Shown in pieces: positions 19,389 to 29,615 of a stretch of DNA of 64,000 bases (position 1 is the first letter of the stretch; each line of letters starts with the position of its first letter). The translations under genes were made by a program, and so were the position numbers. Source of the DNA: Acidobacteriota bacterium (GTDB lineage: Bacteria; Acidobacteriota; UBA6911); NCBI GenBank assembly GCA_963664705.1, contig OY761556.1, forward strand, positions 1,152,001 to 1,216,000. The letters run 5' to 3'. A model generated the notes under the pieces. The model was not told the origin of the DNA, did no database searches, and saw only the letters and a program-made list of their open reading frames with translations.

Positions 19389-19587
19389 CTCTACCTCCGG
19401 GACACTCCCTGCTGGTGGTGGTTTCAATAGCTTCTCAACGGAAAAACCTGCGAAAGCACGCAATTATATACGTCCCGCTTGTTTCGCTCATTACGGCCTA
19501 ACCGTGGCAAGACACTTTTTGTTGCAGCGGACCCGTTGCCCTGGAGTAAAATTCCTCCATTCTTTTACATGAATCAGGAGGATCAAG

Positions 19588-21519
19588 ATGACCAAGTGGC
19601 ACGATTTCTATCAAAGGCAGGGCACTGCTCCGCCCTGGCCGTACGCGGTTGATTATGAGAAGGAATACGAAATCGATACCGACGTCCTGGTCATCGGTGG
19701 GGGCATTGCGGGATGTTGGGCTGCAATCAGCGCTGCCAGGCAAGGAGCCCGGGTCGCTCTGGTGGAGAAAGGGGATACCATAAGAAGCGGTTCCGGCGGG
19801 CCCGGCTGCGATCATTGGTGCCAGTGCCCGGCCAACCCGCATTCCAAAGTCGATCCTGACGAATGGGCAAAATTGCTGTCGGTAAATCCGGGAACCATGT
19901 CGGAGATTCCGAAGAACACGCCCAAATGCTCCTATGGAAATGGTATCGGTGCGCAGATTACATGCCGCGAAAACTACGATGCGCTCCTGGAACTGGAGCA
20001 GATGGGCGGTCAAATCAGGGATGTCCATGATGAATATCTTGGCGCCGACGGTCGGTACGACGATACCAAGTTCATGTTTTCTCCGCGAACCAATCCGGAG
20101 CACACAACAGACCTTGTCCTGCGAGTATGGGGCGTAACGTTCAAGCCAGCGCTCAAGAGAGAGTTGCAGCGGCTGGGCGTCCGAATTTTTGACCGGGTCA
20201 TGGTTACAAGCCTATTAACGGAGGGCGGCATTCAGGGCGCGCGCGTGGTTGGCGCTACCGGATTTAGCAACCGTACCGGGGAGTTCATGATTTTCAAGTC
20301 CAAAGCTGCTGTGCTTGCCACTGCAGGGGACTTTTACATGTGGATGCTGAACACGGAACACGCAGGCTGCCGACAATTTCGCTCCCGCTGTGCGACAGGA
20401 GATGGATATGCCATGGCATGGAAGGCGGGCGCAGAGCTGGTTTTGATGGAGCAGACAATACCGCTGATGCTGGGCACGGGATACCGGCATAACTGGTACG
20501 GCGGCGCCGGCGATGCCAGCTATGAAAACCTCCAGATTGTGGATGCGAACGGCAAAAAACTGCCCTGGCCGACACAAGGCTGGCAGGATGGAGGGGCCAT
20601 GATGCCGCCTCCGGATGTGCGCGACTCAATACGCAAAGGAATATTCAAAGGCGAGTGGGCATTGCCCTTCTACGGGGATTTTCCAGGCATGCCGGATATG
20701 GAGCGCAGGATAACCTGGGATTTGATGCTGGGACAGGAATCGACCACGAAGATCATCACCAGCACGTACGAGAGGGCAGGATTCGATCCTCAAAAGCACC
20801 TGCTTCAAAGCTACGCTTTCATCGAAGGGGAAACACATTCCCAGTGGAGAACTCCCCGAGGCGGCGGTCCTTTGATCGATTGGAACCTGAAGACGACACT
20901 CGATGGGTTGTACGCGGCGGGGGAACAGTTGTTTTCCCACGGCGATCACAGTTTCGCCGCGGCTACCGGAAGATATGCGGGACGCAAGGCGGCTGATTAC
21001 TCAAAGGAAACCGGTGAATCCAGGATATCCAAAGACCAGGTGGCTCGCGAAAAGGCGCGCATCTATGCGCCCGTAATGCGCTCGAGCGGGATTGAATGGA
21101 AGGAATTGAACGCCGGAATCGCCAGAACCATGCAGTATTATTGCAGCGAATTCAAGACAGAGTCGCTGCTTAATCTCGGACTCGAGACCCTGAATGAAAT
21201 TGAACAGGAGTTTGTGCCGCGGCTTTACGCTCTTGATCCGCACAAGCTGATGCGCAGCATCGAAGACCTGAGTATGCTGGCGCATGCCCAGATGATCCTG
21301 AATGCTTCCCTGGCTCGAAAGGCTAGCAGCGTTCCTCTCAATTTCTATCGGATTGATTACCCCACCGTGGACCCGGTCGAGTGGAATAAATATGTGACCA
21401 TCAAGCTGGAAAATGGCAAGGTCAAACCCGGCGATTTGCCTTTGTACTATTGGGGCGATCTGAAAGCCAATTACGAGGCCAATAACAGGGACTATACCGG
21501 AGTGTATCAAAGAAAGTAG
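19588..21519 (+). CDS. AprA/SdhA/NadB-superfamily FAD-dependent oxidoreductase (AprA-like)
   Basis: DVLVIGGGIAG, EKG..RSG, LATAG, TGDGYAMAWKAGA, TTLDGLYAAGE, ARKAS...RIDYP. Confidence 0.85.
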   Translation: MTKWHDFYQRQGTAPPWPYAVDYEKEYEIDTDVLVIGGGIAGCWAAISAARQGARVALVEKGDTIRSGSGGPGCDHWCQCPANPHSKVDPDEWAKLLSVNPGTMSEIPKNTPKCSYGNGIGAQITCRENYDALLELEQMGGQIRDVHDEYLGADGRYDDTKFMFSPRTNPEHTTDLVLRVWGVTFKPALKRELQRLGVRIFDRVMVTSLLTEGGIQGARVVGATGFSNRTGEFMIFKSKAAVLATAGDFYMWMLNTEHAGCRQFRSRCATGDGYAMAWKAGAELVLMEQTIPLMLGTGYRHNWYGGAGDASYENLQIVDANGKKLPWPTQGWQDGGAMMPPPDVRDSIRKGIFKGEWALPFYGDFPGMPDMERRITWDLMLGQESTTKIITSTYERAGFDPQKHLLQSYAFIEGETHSQWRTPRGGGPLIDWNLKTTLDGLYAAGEQLFSHGDHSFAAATGRYAGRKAADYSKETGESRISKDQVAREKARIYAPVMRSSGIEWKELNAGIARTMQYYCSEFKTESLLNLGLETLNEIEQEFVPRLYALDPHKLMRSIEDLSMLAHAQMILNASLARKASSVPLNFYRIDYPTVDPVEWNKYVTIKLENGKVKPGDLPLYYWGDLKANYEANNRDYTGVYQRK

Positions 21520-21529
21520 GAAGACAGCG

Positions 21530-21832
21530 ATGGCTCAGATCAAAATCAGTGCTTTGCCCAACATCACGACACCAAACACGCCCGTTATCTTTAGTCCGGA
21601 GTTCTGTGTGGGATGCAATACCTGCGTCAATGTGTGCCAGGTGGACGTGTTTATTCCCAATCCTGAAAAGGGGTGCCCCCCGATTATCCTGCATCCGGAT
21701 GAATGCTGGTACTGCGGATGCTGCGTTTTGGACTGTAAACAGACCGGCGCCATTTCATTCAATTGGCCGTTGCAGCAAAGAGGTTCCTGGAAGGATAAGG
21801 TTACCGGCAAAATAATGCGCGATACGGTTTAG
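21530..21832 (+). CDS. 2x[4Fe-4S] ferredoxin (AprB-like)
   Basis: CVGCNTCVNVC and PDECWYCGCCVLDC. Confidence 0.88.
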   Translation: MAQIKISALPNITTPNTPVIFSPEFCVGCNTCVNVCQVDVFIPNPEKGCPPIILHPDECWYCGCCVLDCKQTGAISFNWPLQQRGSWKDKVTGKIMRDTV

Positions 21833-21941
21833 GAGCATATCCAGGTTTTCGGACAAAGCGTCTGGAAGACATTTTTGCGAAATTCGCGGCAGGTTTTTCC
21901 GGATTTCTGCCACGAATTTCACAAAAGGACGTGCCGGGGAA

Positions 21942-22832
21942 TTACTTCATCAGATTTGCCAGCGGTTCTTTCACCGCCTCTGCCCAGATCTCATATCCTT
22001 TGGTTGTCGGGTGCAGCGCATCGCTCATGATGTCTTTTGAGATGTTTCCTCCGGCATCAAGGAACTTCGCGCCGATATCGAGGTATTGGACTCGGTCGCC
22101 ATCATGCATTTTGGCAATGATGGTGTTGATTTCGGCCAGCTTGGCGCGCACCGGGTCGCCGGGTGTGCTTCTCGGGAAAACGGCAAGAAGAAGGATCTTT
22201 GCCTTGGGGAAATCCTTCTGCATTTCAAGAACAATTGCCCCGATTCCTTCCGCAATCTCGGCTGCTGTGTTTTGTGCGGTGTTGTTCGTGCCAATCATCA
22301 ACATCACGGCTTTGGGGCTGAAGCCCTGGCCTTCGCCGTGCTGGAGACGGTAGAGAACTCCCTGCGTCGTATCTCCTGCGATTCCGAAGTTGGCAAGTTT
22401 CAGATCGCCCCAGTATTTGTCCAGTACCGGTTTTCCTGCATACGCGCCTTCAGGATTGCGCCAGAAATCGGTGATGGAATCCCCCATGAATAGGACATCA
22501 ATATTCCCCTGCTTGGCTACTTCAAGATTGGTCTCGTGTTTCTTTTGAAAGAACGGAGCCAGGAAGGGAACCACCGCGGAATTGGCAGGGGGGACTCGAA
22601 CCGAGATCAACCCGGGATACTTGGCGTTGATGGCTTTGACATCGGATTTGGATTTTTCGAGAAACTTTGCCAGTGCACGCTCGGCGAGCTGCACTTCCTC
22701 CGGCGTTGGCCTTGGAATGGCAACAATCTTGGGGACCGGGGCTGGATCGGCGGTCTGCACCTGACCGTAGATATTTGTGGAGCCGATGATTACCAGGAGA
22801 AAAATTGCACACAGGATATTGAGCCTTTTCAC
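21942..22832 (-). CDS. Secreted SGNH/GDSL esterase (PAF-acetylhydrolase-like)
   Basis: GDSIT, GIAGDTT, GTNN, DALHP blocks; GTG start after GGAGG, then a signal peptide. Confidence 0.88.
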   Translation of the reverse strand: MKRLNILCAIFLLVIIGSTNIYGQVQTADPAPVPKIVAIPRPTPEEVQLAERALAKFLEKSKSDVKAINAKYPGLISVRVPPANSAVVPFLAPFFQKKHETNLEVAKQGNIDVLFMGDSITDFWRNPEGAYAGKPVLDKYWGDLKLANFGIAGDTTQGVLYRLQHGEGQGFSPKAVMLMIGTNNTAQNTAAEIAEGIGAIVLEMQKDFPKAKILLLAVFPRSTPGDPVRAKLAEINTIIAKMHDGDRVQYLDIGAKFLDAGGNISKDIMSDALHPTTKGYEIWAEAVKEPLANLMK

Positions 22833-23104
22833 GCGAAACCTCCGGATTTTAAGTGTCAATATGGGTGGACCAGCGCTTTGAATATGCAACAAAACTGAAG
22901 CATATAACAACACTTGTCGCATTGAGTGGATATTCTGAGTCTGCTGTTGAATTGAGCCTAAATCCGAAAACATTAGGAGATGTTGCGGATTCAAGCAAAA
23001 ATAAAGGACTCCGCGAACGGATCTTACCTATATAATGGGGCTTCCTTTTCTTAGCTGGCTGAACGTTATCAAATTCATAGAATCTTGGACGGAGGAGACA
23101 AAAC

Positions 23105-23722
23105 ATGGAAAGAAGAGATTTTTTTAAGTATGGATTAGCGGCTGGAGTCGGGACCGTGGCGCTTGCGGCGAAGGATGTCCTTGCTTTGGATTACTATCCT
23201 ATGCCATCCGACAAGAAGTGCGCCGTGCTTTTCTCAACCTGGTGCGGCAGTTCACGCGATGCTGGTGTATGGATTTCGGAAGGGATGGGCGGCATTGCCG
23301 ATGTCTTCGATGTGCGTGAGAATCCGGATCTGAAGGGCTATGATCATCTGGTCATTGGCGGCTCCATTCGATCGGGCGTAACCCGGAAAGAGCTGCAGGA
23401 CTATATTGCAAAGAATAAGGCAATTCTGAAAAGCAAAGTGAGAGGATTGTTTATCGTGTGCGGTAACGGCGAAAAGCCTGTTGGCCCAGCCCAGAAAACT
23501 TCCTACATTGATAACCATCTGGCAAAGCTGCTGGAGGTTGCCGCGGTTCCCGCCAAGGTATTTAACGGCAGAATCACAAAAGCTCTCCTGGATCCCGAGA
23601 ATCGCAAAATGATGGAGGACATGTATCCCAAGTTCGCGGGCAAGCAACTGGAAGATTACGAGCTCCTCAAACGCTCGGATTGTCTGGCCTTCGGCCGTGA
23701 GATCCTGGCCAGCCTCAAGTAG
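23105..23722 (+). CDS. Tat-exported flavodoxin-domain protein (HemG/Flavodoxin_5-like)
   Basis: MERRDFFK twin-arginine signal; VLFSTWCGSS, YDHLVIGGSIRSG, LFIVC, FNGRI. Confidence 0.75.
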   Translation: MERRDFFKYGLAAGVGTVALAAKDVLALDYYPMPSDKKCAVLFSTWCGSSRDAGVWISEGMGGIADVFDVRENPDLKGYDHLVIGGSIRSGVTRKELQDYIAKNKAILKSKVRGLFIVCGNGEKPVGPAQKTSYIDNHLAKLLEVAAVPAKVFNGRITKALLDPENRKMMEDMYPKFAGKQLEDYELLKRSDCLAFGREILASLK

Positions 23723-23764
23723 TCCCTTCGAGTTTTCGGGCTTTTAGGGTTGGATCCGCTTTGC

Positions 23765-23809
23765 CAGCCACTGGGAGTGCCGCCATCTCGCCGGTACTCC
23801 CAGTGACTG
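23765..23809. terminator. Hairpin between convergent genes
   Basis: cagccactgggagtgccg/cggtactcccagtgactg, 18-bp stem with 2 mismatches. Confidence 0.6.
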
Positions 23810-23820
23810 CATTTCGTCTG

Positions 23821-24048
23821 CTACAAATTTCCATAGTAATTCATTATGTCCGCAATGCTCAGGGCATGATCGAGCGTCAGATCGTCGACCGCTATCTCTC
23901 CCTTGTAGGCGATGGCCCACTGCTTGCCGTCAAAAATAATTTTATAGGAACCATATTTCAAATCCTGTCCGCATTGCGTGCAGGCACTTGCGCTGGACGG
24001 AGTGAAGGCTCTGCATTGCGGACAAATTCGCTCAGTTGCAATTACCAT
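23821..24048 (-). CDS. Small zinc-ribbon protein
   Basis: CPQC...CTQCG; GAGGG RBS before the ATG. Confidence 0.6.
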   Translation of the reverse strand: MVIATERICPQCRAFTPSSASACTQCGQDLKYGSYKIIFDGKQWAIAYKGEIAVDDLTLDHALSIADIMNYYGNL

Positions 24049-24260
24049 AGTTAGACCCTCATACCCAAGAACGCATTTCCCGGAGAGTCGCCTACTGGAA
24101 ATTGCATTTTTTGATCAAAAATGGATATTAAAGATTACTGGGGAATGTTTCGCTGCAAATCGAGGTTTGCCGGATGGATAATTTCAGTGGTTTGCCTGGC
24201 CGCTCAATCTGGTGGACGGCCAGGCAAGATATGTCAAATCCGTCGTGAACTCCGGGGCGT

Positions 24261-26300
24261 TTAGCCGTTTTCCGATTGAACGGCTTCAAGGGTCAGACGG
24301 TCCAGCAATACAAACAGCTCCTGCGTCTGTTCTTCCAATTTATCGAATCGCAGAAGTGCCTCATCCGTTCGGCCGCCGGTCCACAATCCGACAATATCGG
24401 CACAGAGCTTGTGAAAGGCCTGGTGCTTTGCTCCGATGGTATCGAAAGTGGGAAGGGTACTGAAGCGTTCCGTCCCTTCGCTGTGATACCATTTGCCAAA
24501 AGCGCACTGGTGAAAATCCCCCGCTTCATTTTGAGTGAAGTTCTGGTTCCCCTGGAAAAGACTCATGAGTTTGTTGCGCCAGTTGAGATGTCCCTTTTTG
24601 ACGCCCCCGAAATCAAGCTTGCTTCCAACCTGGAACCGGGACATCGCCTGTTTGAGCTGTTCGGTCAGTTTCTGCAGAACAACCGCATTACTTTCGACGT
24701 GTCCGCTGTCCCGATTCATTGCCGATCCCTGAACGCTCACTCGGGCAATATCTTCCGCTATGGATTTCGATACTGCCGCAAGCTGTGCGATACGCTCATT
24801 GGAATCTTTGACTCCATCGGAGGCCTGGGCAATGTTTACCGCAACATCTTTGGTTACGGTCGCCTGTTCTTCAATGGCGGCGGCAATGCTCGCGACCAAC
24901 TCGCCGACTTCACGGATGACATCGGCTATTTTTTCAATGTCGGTTATAGCGTTGCCCGTTGATGATTGTATTCCCGAGATCTTTGCCTTGATGTCCTCGG
25001 TGGCATCTGCGGTCTGTCGTGCCAGTTCCTTGATTTCATTCGCGACAACAGCGAATCCTTTTCCTGCTTCTCCGGCTCTTGCCGCTTCAATAGTAGCGTT
25101 GAGGGCGAGCAGATTGGTCTGTGCCGAGATGTTGGTAATCGTCTCTGTCACTTTTCCGATGTCATGTGCAGCCTGCCCAAGCTGCTGCATGAGTGATGAA
25201 ACGGCCTGCGCCTGCTCCGTGGCATGATCACTGATGGTGCGGGCTTTTTCGGAATTGGAGGCAATATCGGCAACCGTGGCGCTCATTTCCTCGGTCGCCG
25301 CGGCTACTGAGGATAAATTCGTGTGGGCCTGTTCCATGCTGGCGGCCACCGAAACCGTGTTTGCACTTGATTCCTCTGCGGCAACCGCAACGGCGTGGGC
25401 TTTTTCGGAAGTCTCCTTCACGGCAGAGGAGAGTCTTTGTGAGACGGCGATCAGACCTTCGGAAGAAGCAGACAATGTTCCGGTGCCGTTGTTGACCTGC
25501 AGCAGAGACATCCGTATGGCAGTGGACAACTGAGCCATTACCTTGGCAAGGTCGCCGAGTTCGTCTTTTCGTTCGCGCAGGTTCGTTGGAATTTGAGAGG
25601 CGACATCTCCCTGGCTGATGGTTCCAAGAACTCCGAGGCTGGCGGAAAGAGGACGTGCAATGCTGCGCGCCAGCGCGATGCTTAGCACGACCGCCGAGGT
25701 AAGCGAGGCGAACGCTACCAGGAGTATCAGCAGGTTCCCACGACTTGCAGTAGCTTCCGCGGTTGCCTTGCTTTCCGCAAGGCGCTTGGCCCTCCATTGG
25801 ATAAACTCATCCACTGCCTTTTCCCGCTTTTGCGTGCCGGCGGCGCTCTCGCGGGCCAGAAGCATGGCCGCTTCCATCTCTTTTCCGCGGGAGACAAGGG
25901 CCAGGACGCGGTCGTTCAGGTCTTTGGTGCCGGAAATCGCATCCTCTATCTTACCCAGCAATTGTTTGCCGGTCTGAGTTTTTGCCATTGCCTTCAGACT
26001 TTCCAGCTTTTCTTTATAGTCCTGGTTCAATGCTTCTATTTCCGCGCGATGTGCCTGTTTGGCCGAAGCGTCCCTGGTTGCGGTGATGCTCCAGATATGG
26101 ACGGATATTTTTTCAATGTTGGAAGAAAGGCTTTGCGCCAGCTGCATCTTTTTCGATTCTTCCAAAGCTTGATTCATCATTTCATGAGACGAGTTGCTGC
26201 TCTGCCAGATGGAGAATCCCGCAATGGTGATTACGACCATCAATAGTGCGAATCCCAGGCCCAACCGTTTTCCAAGCTTTATATCACTCAGCCTAATCAT
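24261..26300 (-). CDS. Methyl-accepting chemotaxis protein (4HB-HAMP-MA) with C-terminal CZB domain
   Basis: 2 TM helices; [34 protein letters not shown]; CZB motif [14 protein letters not shown]. Confidence 0.95.
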   Translation of the reverse strand: MIRLSDIKLGKRLGLGFALLMVVITIAGFSIWQSSNSSHEMMNQALEESKKMQLAQSLSSNIEKISVHIWSITATRDASAKQAHRAEIEALNQDYKEKLESLKAMAKTQTGKQLLGKIEDAISGTKDLNDRVLALVSRGKEMEAAMLLARESAAGTQKREKAVDEFIQWRAKRLAESKATAEATASRGNLLILLVAFASLTSAVVLSIALARSIARPLSASLGVLGTISQGDVASQIPTNLRERKDELGDLAKVMAQLSTAIRMSLLQVNNGTGTLSASSEGLIAVSQRLSSAVKETSEKAHAVAVAAEESSANTVSVAASMEQAHTNLSSVAAATEEMSATVADIASNSEKARTISDHATEQAQAVSSLMQQLGQAAHDIGKVTETITNISAQTNLLALNATIEAARAGEAGKGFAVVANEIKELARQTADATEDIKAKISGIQSSTGNAITDIEKIADVIREVGELVASIAAAIEEQATVTKDVAVNIAQASDGVKDSNERIAQLAAVSKSIAEDIARVSVQGSAMNRDSGHVESNAVVLQKLTEQLKQAMSRFQVGSKLDFGGVKKGHLNWRNKLMSLFQGNQNFTQNEAGDFHQCAFGKWYHSEGTERFSTLPTFDTIGAKHQAFHKLCADIVGLWTGGRTDEALLRFDKLEEQTQELFVLLDRLTLEAVQSENG

Positions 26301-26369
26301 GCTGTCTTCCTATTCCTGAAATGCCCCGCAGGCATTTTTTAAGTCCATTTCACCTTAACGAATAGATAC

Positions 26370-26396
26370 ATATCGGCTTTCAGTCTCATTGCTTTA
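26370..26396 (-). promoter_or_regulatory. Sigma28 (FliA)-type promoter of the MCP gene
   Basis: Minus strand TAAA-gcaatgagactgaaa(15 nt)-GCCGATAT, matching the TAAA-N15-GCCGATAA consensus. Confidence 0.85.
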
Positions 26397-26442
26397 TTAG
26401 TTGCGCAAGTATTTCGAGTTTTTCAATAACGGGGGAAAGGAA

Positions 26443-26484
26443 GTGACATTCGCGGCAGAGAGGCGCTTCCACCGCGAATGTCAC
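26443..26484 (-). terminator. Terminator after the HD-GYP gene
   Basis: Perfect 13-bp stem gtgacattcgcgg/ccgcgaatgtcac just after the stop, followed by ttccttt. Confidence 0.7.
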
Positions 26485-26488
26485 GGAG

Positions 26489-27622
26489 CTAAGCCGATTC
26501 GACTCTGGGGCTTGTGGGTATTCGTTGGAGAATCCCCCGATCCGCAATTGTGAGGAAAGTGCGGACAAGCTGAGGATCGAATTGCGTTCCGGCTCCACGG
26601 TTCAAATGGGAGAGGGCTTCCGCGGCGGTCATCCCGGTTCGGTAGGGCCGATCAGACGTCATCGCGTCAAAGGCATCGACAATGGCCAGAATGCGCGCCC
26701 CAATCGGAATGCTGTCGCCGCTCAAGGAACTCGGATACCCGTGTCCATTGTAGTGTTCATGATGGTGACGAATGGCCGGCAACGCTTCGCGAAATTCGCT
26801 GAGAGGCTCCAGGACTCGCACGCCTATGTCCGGGTGATTCTTTATGTGCATGAATTCCTGTTCGGAGAGCGGTCCGGTTTTTGCGAGCACAGACTCTCGA
26901 ATCCCTATCTTGCCGAGGTCGTGAAACATGCCAGCAATCTGCAAAATCTCCTGTTCGCGTATATTGAGCCCCGCCGCGCTGCCAAGCTGCAGCCCGAGCC
27001 AGGCGACGCGTCTGGAGTGGCCATCGGTGTAGGGATCCCTGGCTTCCAAGGCTGTGATCAGAGACTGAATGACACTGAGGGTCAGGCGGTGCACCTGGGA
27101 GGTCCGCTGTACAACCATATTTTCCAGCCCATTCTGATACTCCCGCAGTTTCCGTTTGAGAGCCGTGCGCTGCAGCGCCTGCGTAACCCTGTTAGTTATC
27201 TGTGGAATATTAAAGGGTTTCAGAAGGTAGTCGTCCGCTTCGCACTGAATCGCAGAAATCGCCTTTTCAATCTCATTATTGCCCGTAATCAGCAGAACAG
27301 CCAGGTCCGGGTCCATTTTCTTGATTGTGCGCAGGAGTTCAAAGCCGTCCATCTGCGGCATGTTTAGGTCACTGAGCACCGCATCAACATCCCTGTTTTC
27401 AAGCAGCTCCACCGCCTGCGTTCCCGTACCGGCCTCAAAACACTCAAAGCCCATTCTGGTAAAATGACGCTTGAGGACCCCGCGGATTGCGGATTCATCA
27501 TCGACTATCAGGAGCCTGGATCGTCCTCGCTTGGGCTGAGAATCTTCGGCCGGAGCGGTTGCTGAATTGGATTCCAGAAAACTCAAGGTTTGATAGGTCA
27601 GGCATGAATTGGTCGCGGTCAT
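26489..27622 (-). CDS. Response regulator with HD-GYP c-di-GMP phosphodiesterase domain
   Basis: REC domain (IVDDE, SDLNMP, KPF); EARDPYTDGHS, HDLGKIG, HHEHYNGHGYP, DAFDAMTSDRPYR. Confidence 0.95.
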   Translation of the reverse strand: MTATNSCLTYQTLSFLESNSATAPAEDSQPKRGRSRLLIVDDESAIRGVLKRHFTRMGFECFEAGTGTQAVELLENRDVDAVLSDLNMPQMDGFELLRTIKKMDPDLAVLLITGNNEIEKAISAIQCEADDYLLKPFNIPQITNRVTQALQRTALKRKLREYQNGLENMVVQRTSQVHRLTLSVIQSLITALEARDPYTDGHSRRVAWLGLQLGSAAGLNIREQEILQIAGMFHDLGKIGIRESVLAKTGPLSEQEFMHIKNHPDIGVRVLEPLSEFREALPAIRHHHEHYNGHGYPSSLSGDSIPIGARILAIVDAFDAMTSDRPYRTGMTAAEALSHLNRGAGTQFDPQLVRTFLTIADRGILQRIPTSPRVESA

Positions 27623-27720
27623 TGGAGTTGATCTCCCACATAGAGCCCTGGTGTTTGTGAATCAAATGCTGTGTTCTGCTGCCAAATCGAACGTGAAGCT
27701 GCGCGATCTGATTTTGATTC

Positions 27721-27736
27721 TGCAATCGGTGTGCCA
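27721..27736 (-). promoter_or_regulatory. Sigma54 -24/-12 promoter of the HD-GYP gene
   Basis: Minus strand TGGCAC-ACCGA-TTGCA, about 100 nt upstream of the ATG and divergent from a bEBP gene. Confidence 0.85.
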
Positions 27737-27931
27737 TGACGGCGTTTTGCTTCGAAGGAATTTGGTTTATTGGAATGTTGCAAGAATCAAAAGTGTTAAG
27801 TGATTGAATGTCCTATACATCAAAACTCGTTTGTCGGCGAAAAAAACGCATTGCCTTGTGGTGACCCCAAAATTTTTTCAATGTTTGAAAAGTGTGACGA
27901 CCATCACAACGGGAAGGCGCTGCGCTTTTTG

Positions 27932-27945
27932 GGGAATCGTTTCCC
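27932..27945. promoter_or_regulatory. Candidate upstream activator sequence
   Basis: GGGAA-tcgt-TTCCC palindrome about 200 bp upstream of the sigma54 promoter. Confidence 0.35.
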
Positions 27946-28147
27946 TAGTGGGCTGGATGAAACGAATCGGTTAATAACTTTTCTGATGTGGGAATAAATA
28001 TTTGAAATCGATTTCGATTTTGTTTAGGCCCTCATCGGGTTCAAAATCGGGAAGGATCCAGTTCGTTGTAATTCGAACGCTTCGACTCTATAATGGGCGC
28101 CTGACAAAAATTGCGGGTAGCGTAGTTTTGGGGTTCGGATTTCAAGC

Positions 28148-29572
28148 ATGAATCAAAAGAAGATCCTCATTGTCGATGACGAAGTTGCCATCGTTCAGAT
28201 GCTGAGCCGCATTCTCCGAAAGGATGGGTACGAGGTTCTTGAGGCGGATTCAGCCGCAAAAGCGCTGGAATCCGCACAGGGGAATGTCCCTGATCTGGTT
28301 CTGCTCGATTTGAACCTTCCCGATGAAAACGGGCTGGTTGTGCTGGGGCGCATTCTTCGCGCGCATCCGGCCACTCAGATTGTCATGATGACCGGTCAGG
28401 GAGATATCGAGACAGCGGTTCAAGCCATGAAGCTTGGAGCCAGGGATTTCCTTACCAAGCCGTTTGAGCCGAGCCAGTTGCGCTCGAGTCTTCAGTCTCT
28501 ATGGCGCCAAAACTCGGAATATGGGTCGGTGACGAAGATCCCGATTGGTGACAGCCCCGAAATCCAGGAAGTCTGGTCCCAGATATCCCGCTATGCGATT
28601 CCCGATGTGAGTATTCTGCTTGTAGGGGAAAGCGGAACAGGGAAGGAACTGTTTGCGCGCGTCATTCACGCGCAGAGCAAACGATGTGGCCGGCAGTTTG
28701 TCGCGCTGGACTGCGCAACGCTTCCCGAAACCCTGGTGGAAAGTGAGCTGTTCGGGCATGAAAAGGGGGCCTTTACCGGTGCAACGGAGCAGCGGACGGG
28801 TAAGTTCGAGCTTGCGCACGGAGGCACCATCTTCCTCGATGAAATCGGAAATCTTCCCCTTAATTTTCAGGCAAAACTGTTGCGCGTTGTTCAGGAGCGG
28901 TATATCGACAGGTTGGGTGGCCAGCGATCTATTCCTGTAGATGTCCGCATCGTATCCGCCACAAACCTGAACCTGGAACAAGCCATCCAGAAGGGGGCTT
29001 TCCGTGAGGATCTCTATCATCGAATTGCCCAGGTGGTAATTCGCATCCCGCCTCTCAGGGAACGCCGGGGTGATATCGAGAAGCTGACCTCGTTTTTTAT
29101 CGATCTGTTCAACGTCCGGTTCGGCAGAAACATACAGGGAATTTCGGACGGAGCGCTGAACCTGATCTGCGAATATCGTTGGCCCGGCAATGTCCGCGAA
29201 CTGGAGAACGCTGTCTGTGCCGCGGTGCTCGCGGCCGATGATACCATTGAGGTCGAATCTCTGCCGGATCGTCTGCGCCGACCCACGCGGGGCATCGGGG
29301 CGGAGACTGCCGCTGCCTATTTTAGAGAACTGGCGGCTCAGCAGGTTACGCTCAGCCTGAAAAGCGGCGTTTTGGATCTGAAGGCTTTTGTGGCCGGGTT
29401 TGAAGAGCAGATCGAGCAGGCTGTGCTGCGCGAACTCATCGGGCGACGCCGGTTCACGCAAATGGAGTTATGCTCATTGCTGAAGGTGGATCCCAAGACG
29501 CTGAGGGCAAAACTCAATAAATACGATCTCCGGGACCTTCCCGGAGGCTCTCTCCCGACCTCCGACAAGTAG
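28148..29572 (+). CDS. Sigma54-dependent response regulator (NtrC family)
   Basis: REC + GESGTGKE, ESELFGHEKGAFTGA, FLDEIG, WPGNVRELEN + C-terminal HTH. Confidence 0.96.
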   Translation: MNQKKILIVDDEVAIVQMLSRILRKDGYEVLEADSAAKALESAQGNVPDLVLLDLNLPDENGLVVLGRILRAHPATQIVMMTGQGDIETAVQAMKLGARDFLTKPFEPSQLRSSLQSLWRQNSEYGSVTKIPIGDSPEIQEVWSQISRYAIPDVSILLVGESGTGKELFARVIHAQSKRCGRQFVALDCATLPETLVESELFGHEKGAFTGATEQRTGKFELAHGGTIFLDEIGNLPLNFQAKLLRVVQERYIDRLGGQRSIPVDVRIVSATNLNLEQAIQKGAFREDLYHRIAQVVIRIPPLRERRGDIEKLTSFFIDLFNVRFGRNIQGISDGALNLICEYRWPGNVRELENAVCAAVLAADDTIEVESLPDRLRRPTRGIGAETAAAYFRELAAQQVTLSLKSGVLDLKAFVAGFEEQIEQAVLRELIGRRRFTQMELCSLLKVDPKTLRAKLNKYDLRDLPGGSLPTSDK

Positions 29573-29615
29573 GGGCAAACATCCATCTCTGCTCCGGAAT
29601 TTTTTTATTGCTTGC

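Noticed and set aside
19588-21832. Calling the pair aprAB or sdhAB
   Set aside because: Active-site segments diverge and no sat, qmo or membrane anchor gene is adjacent
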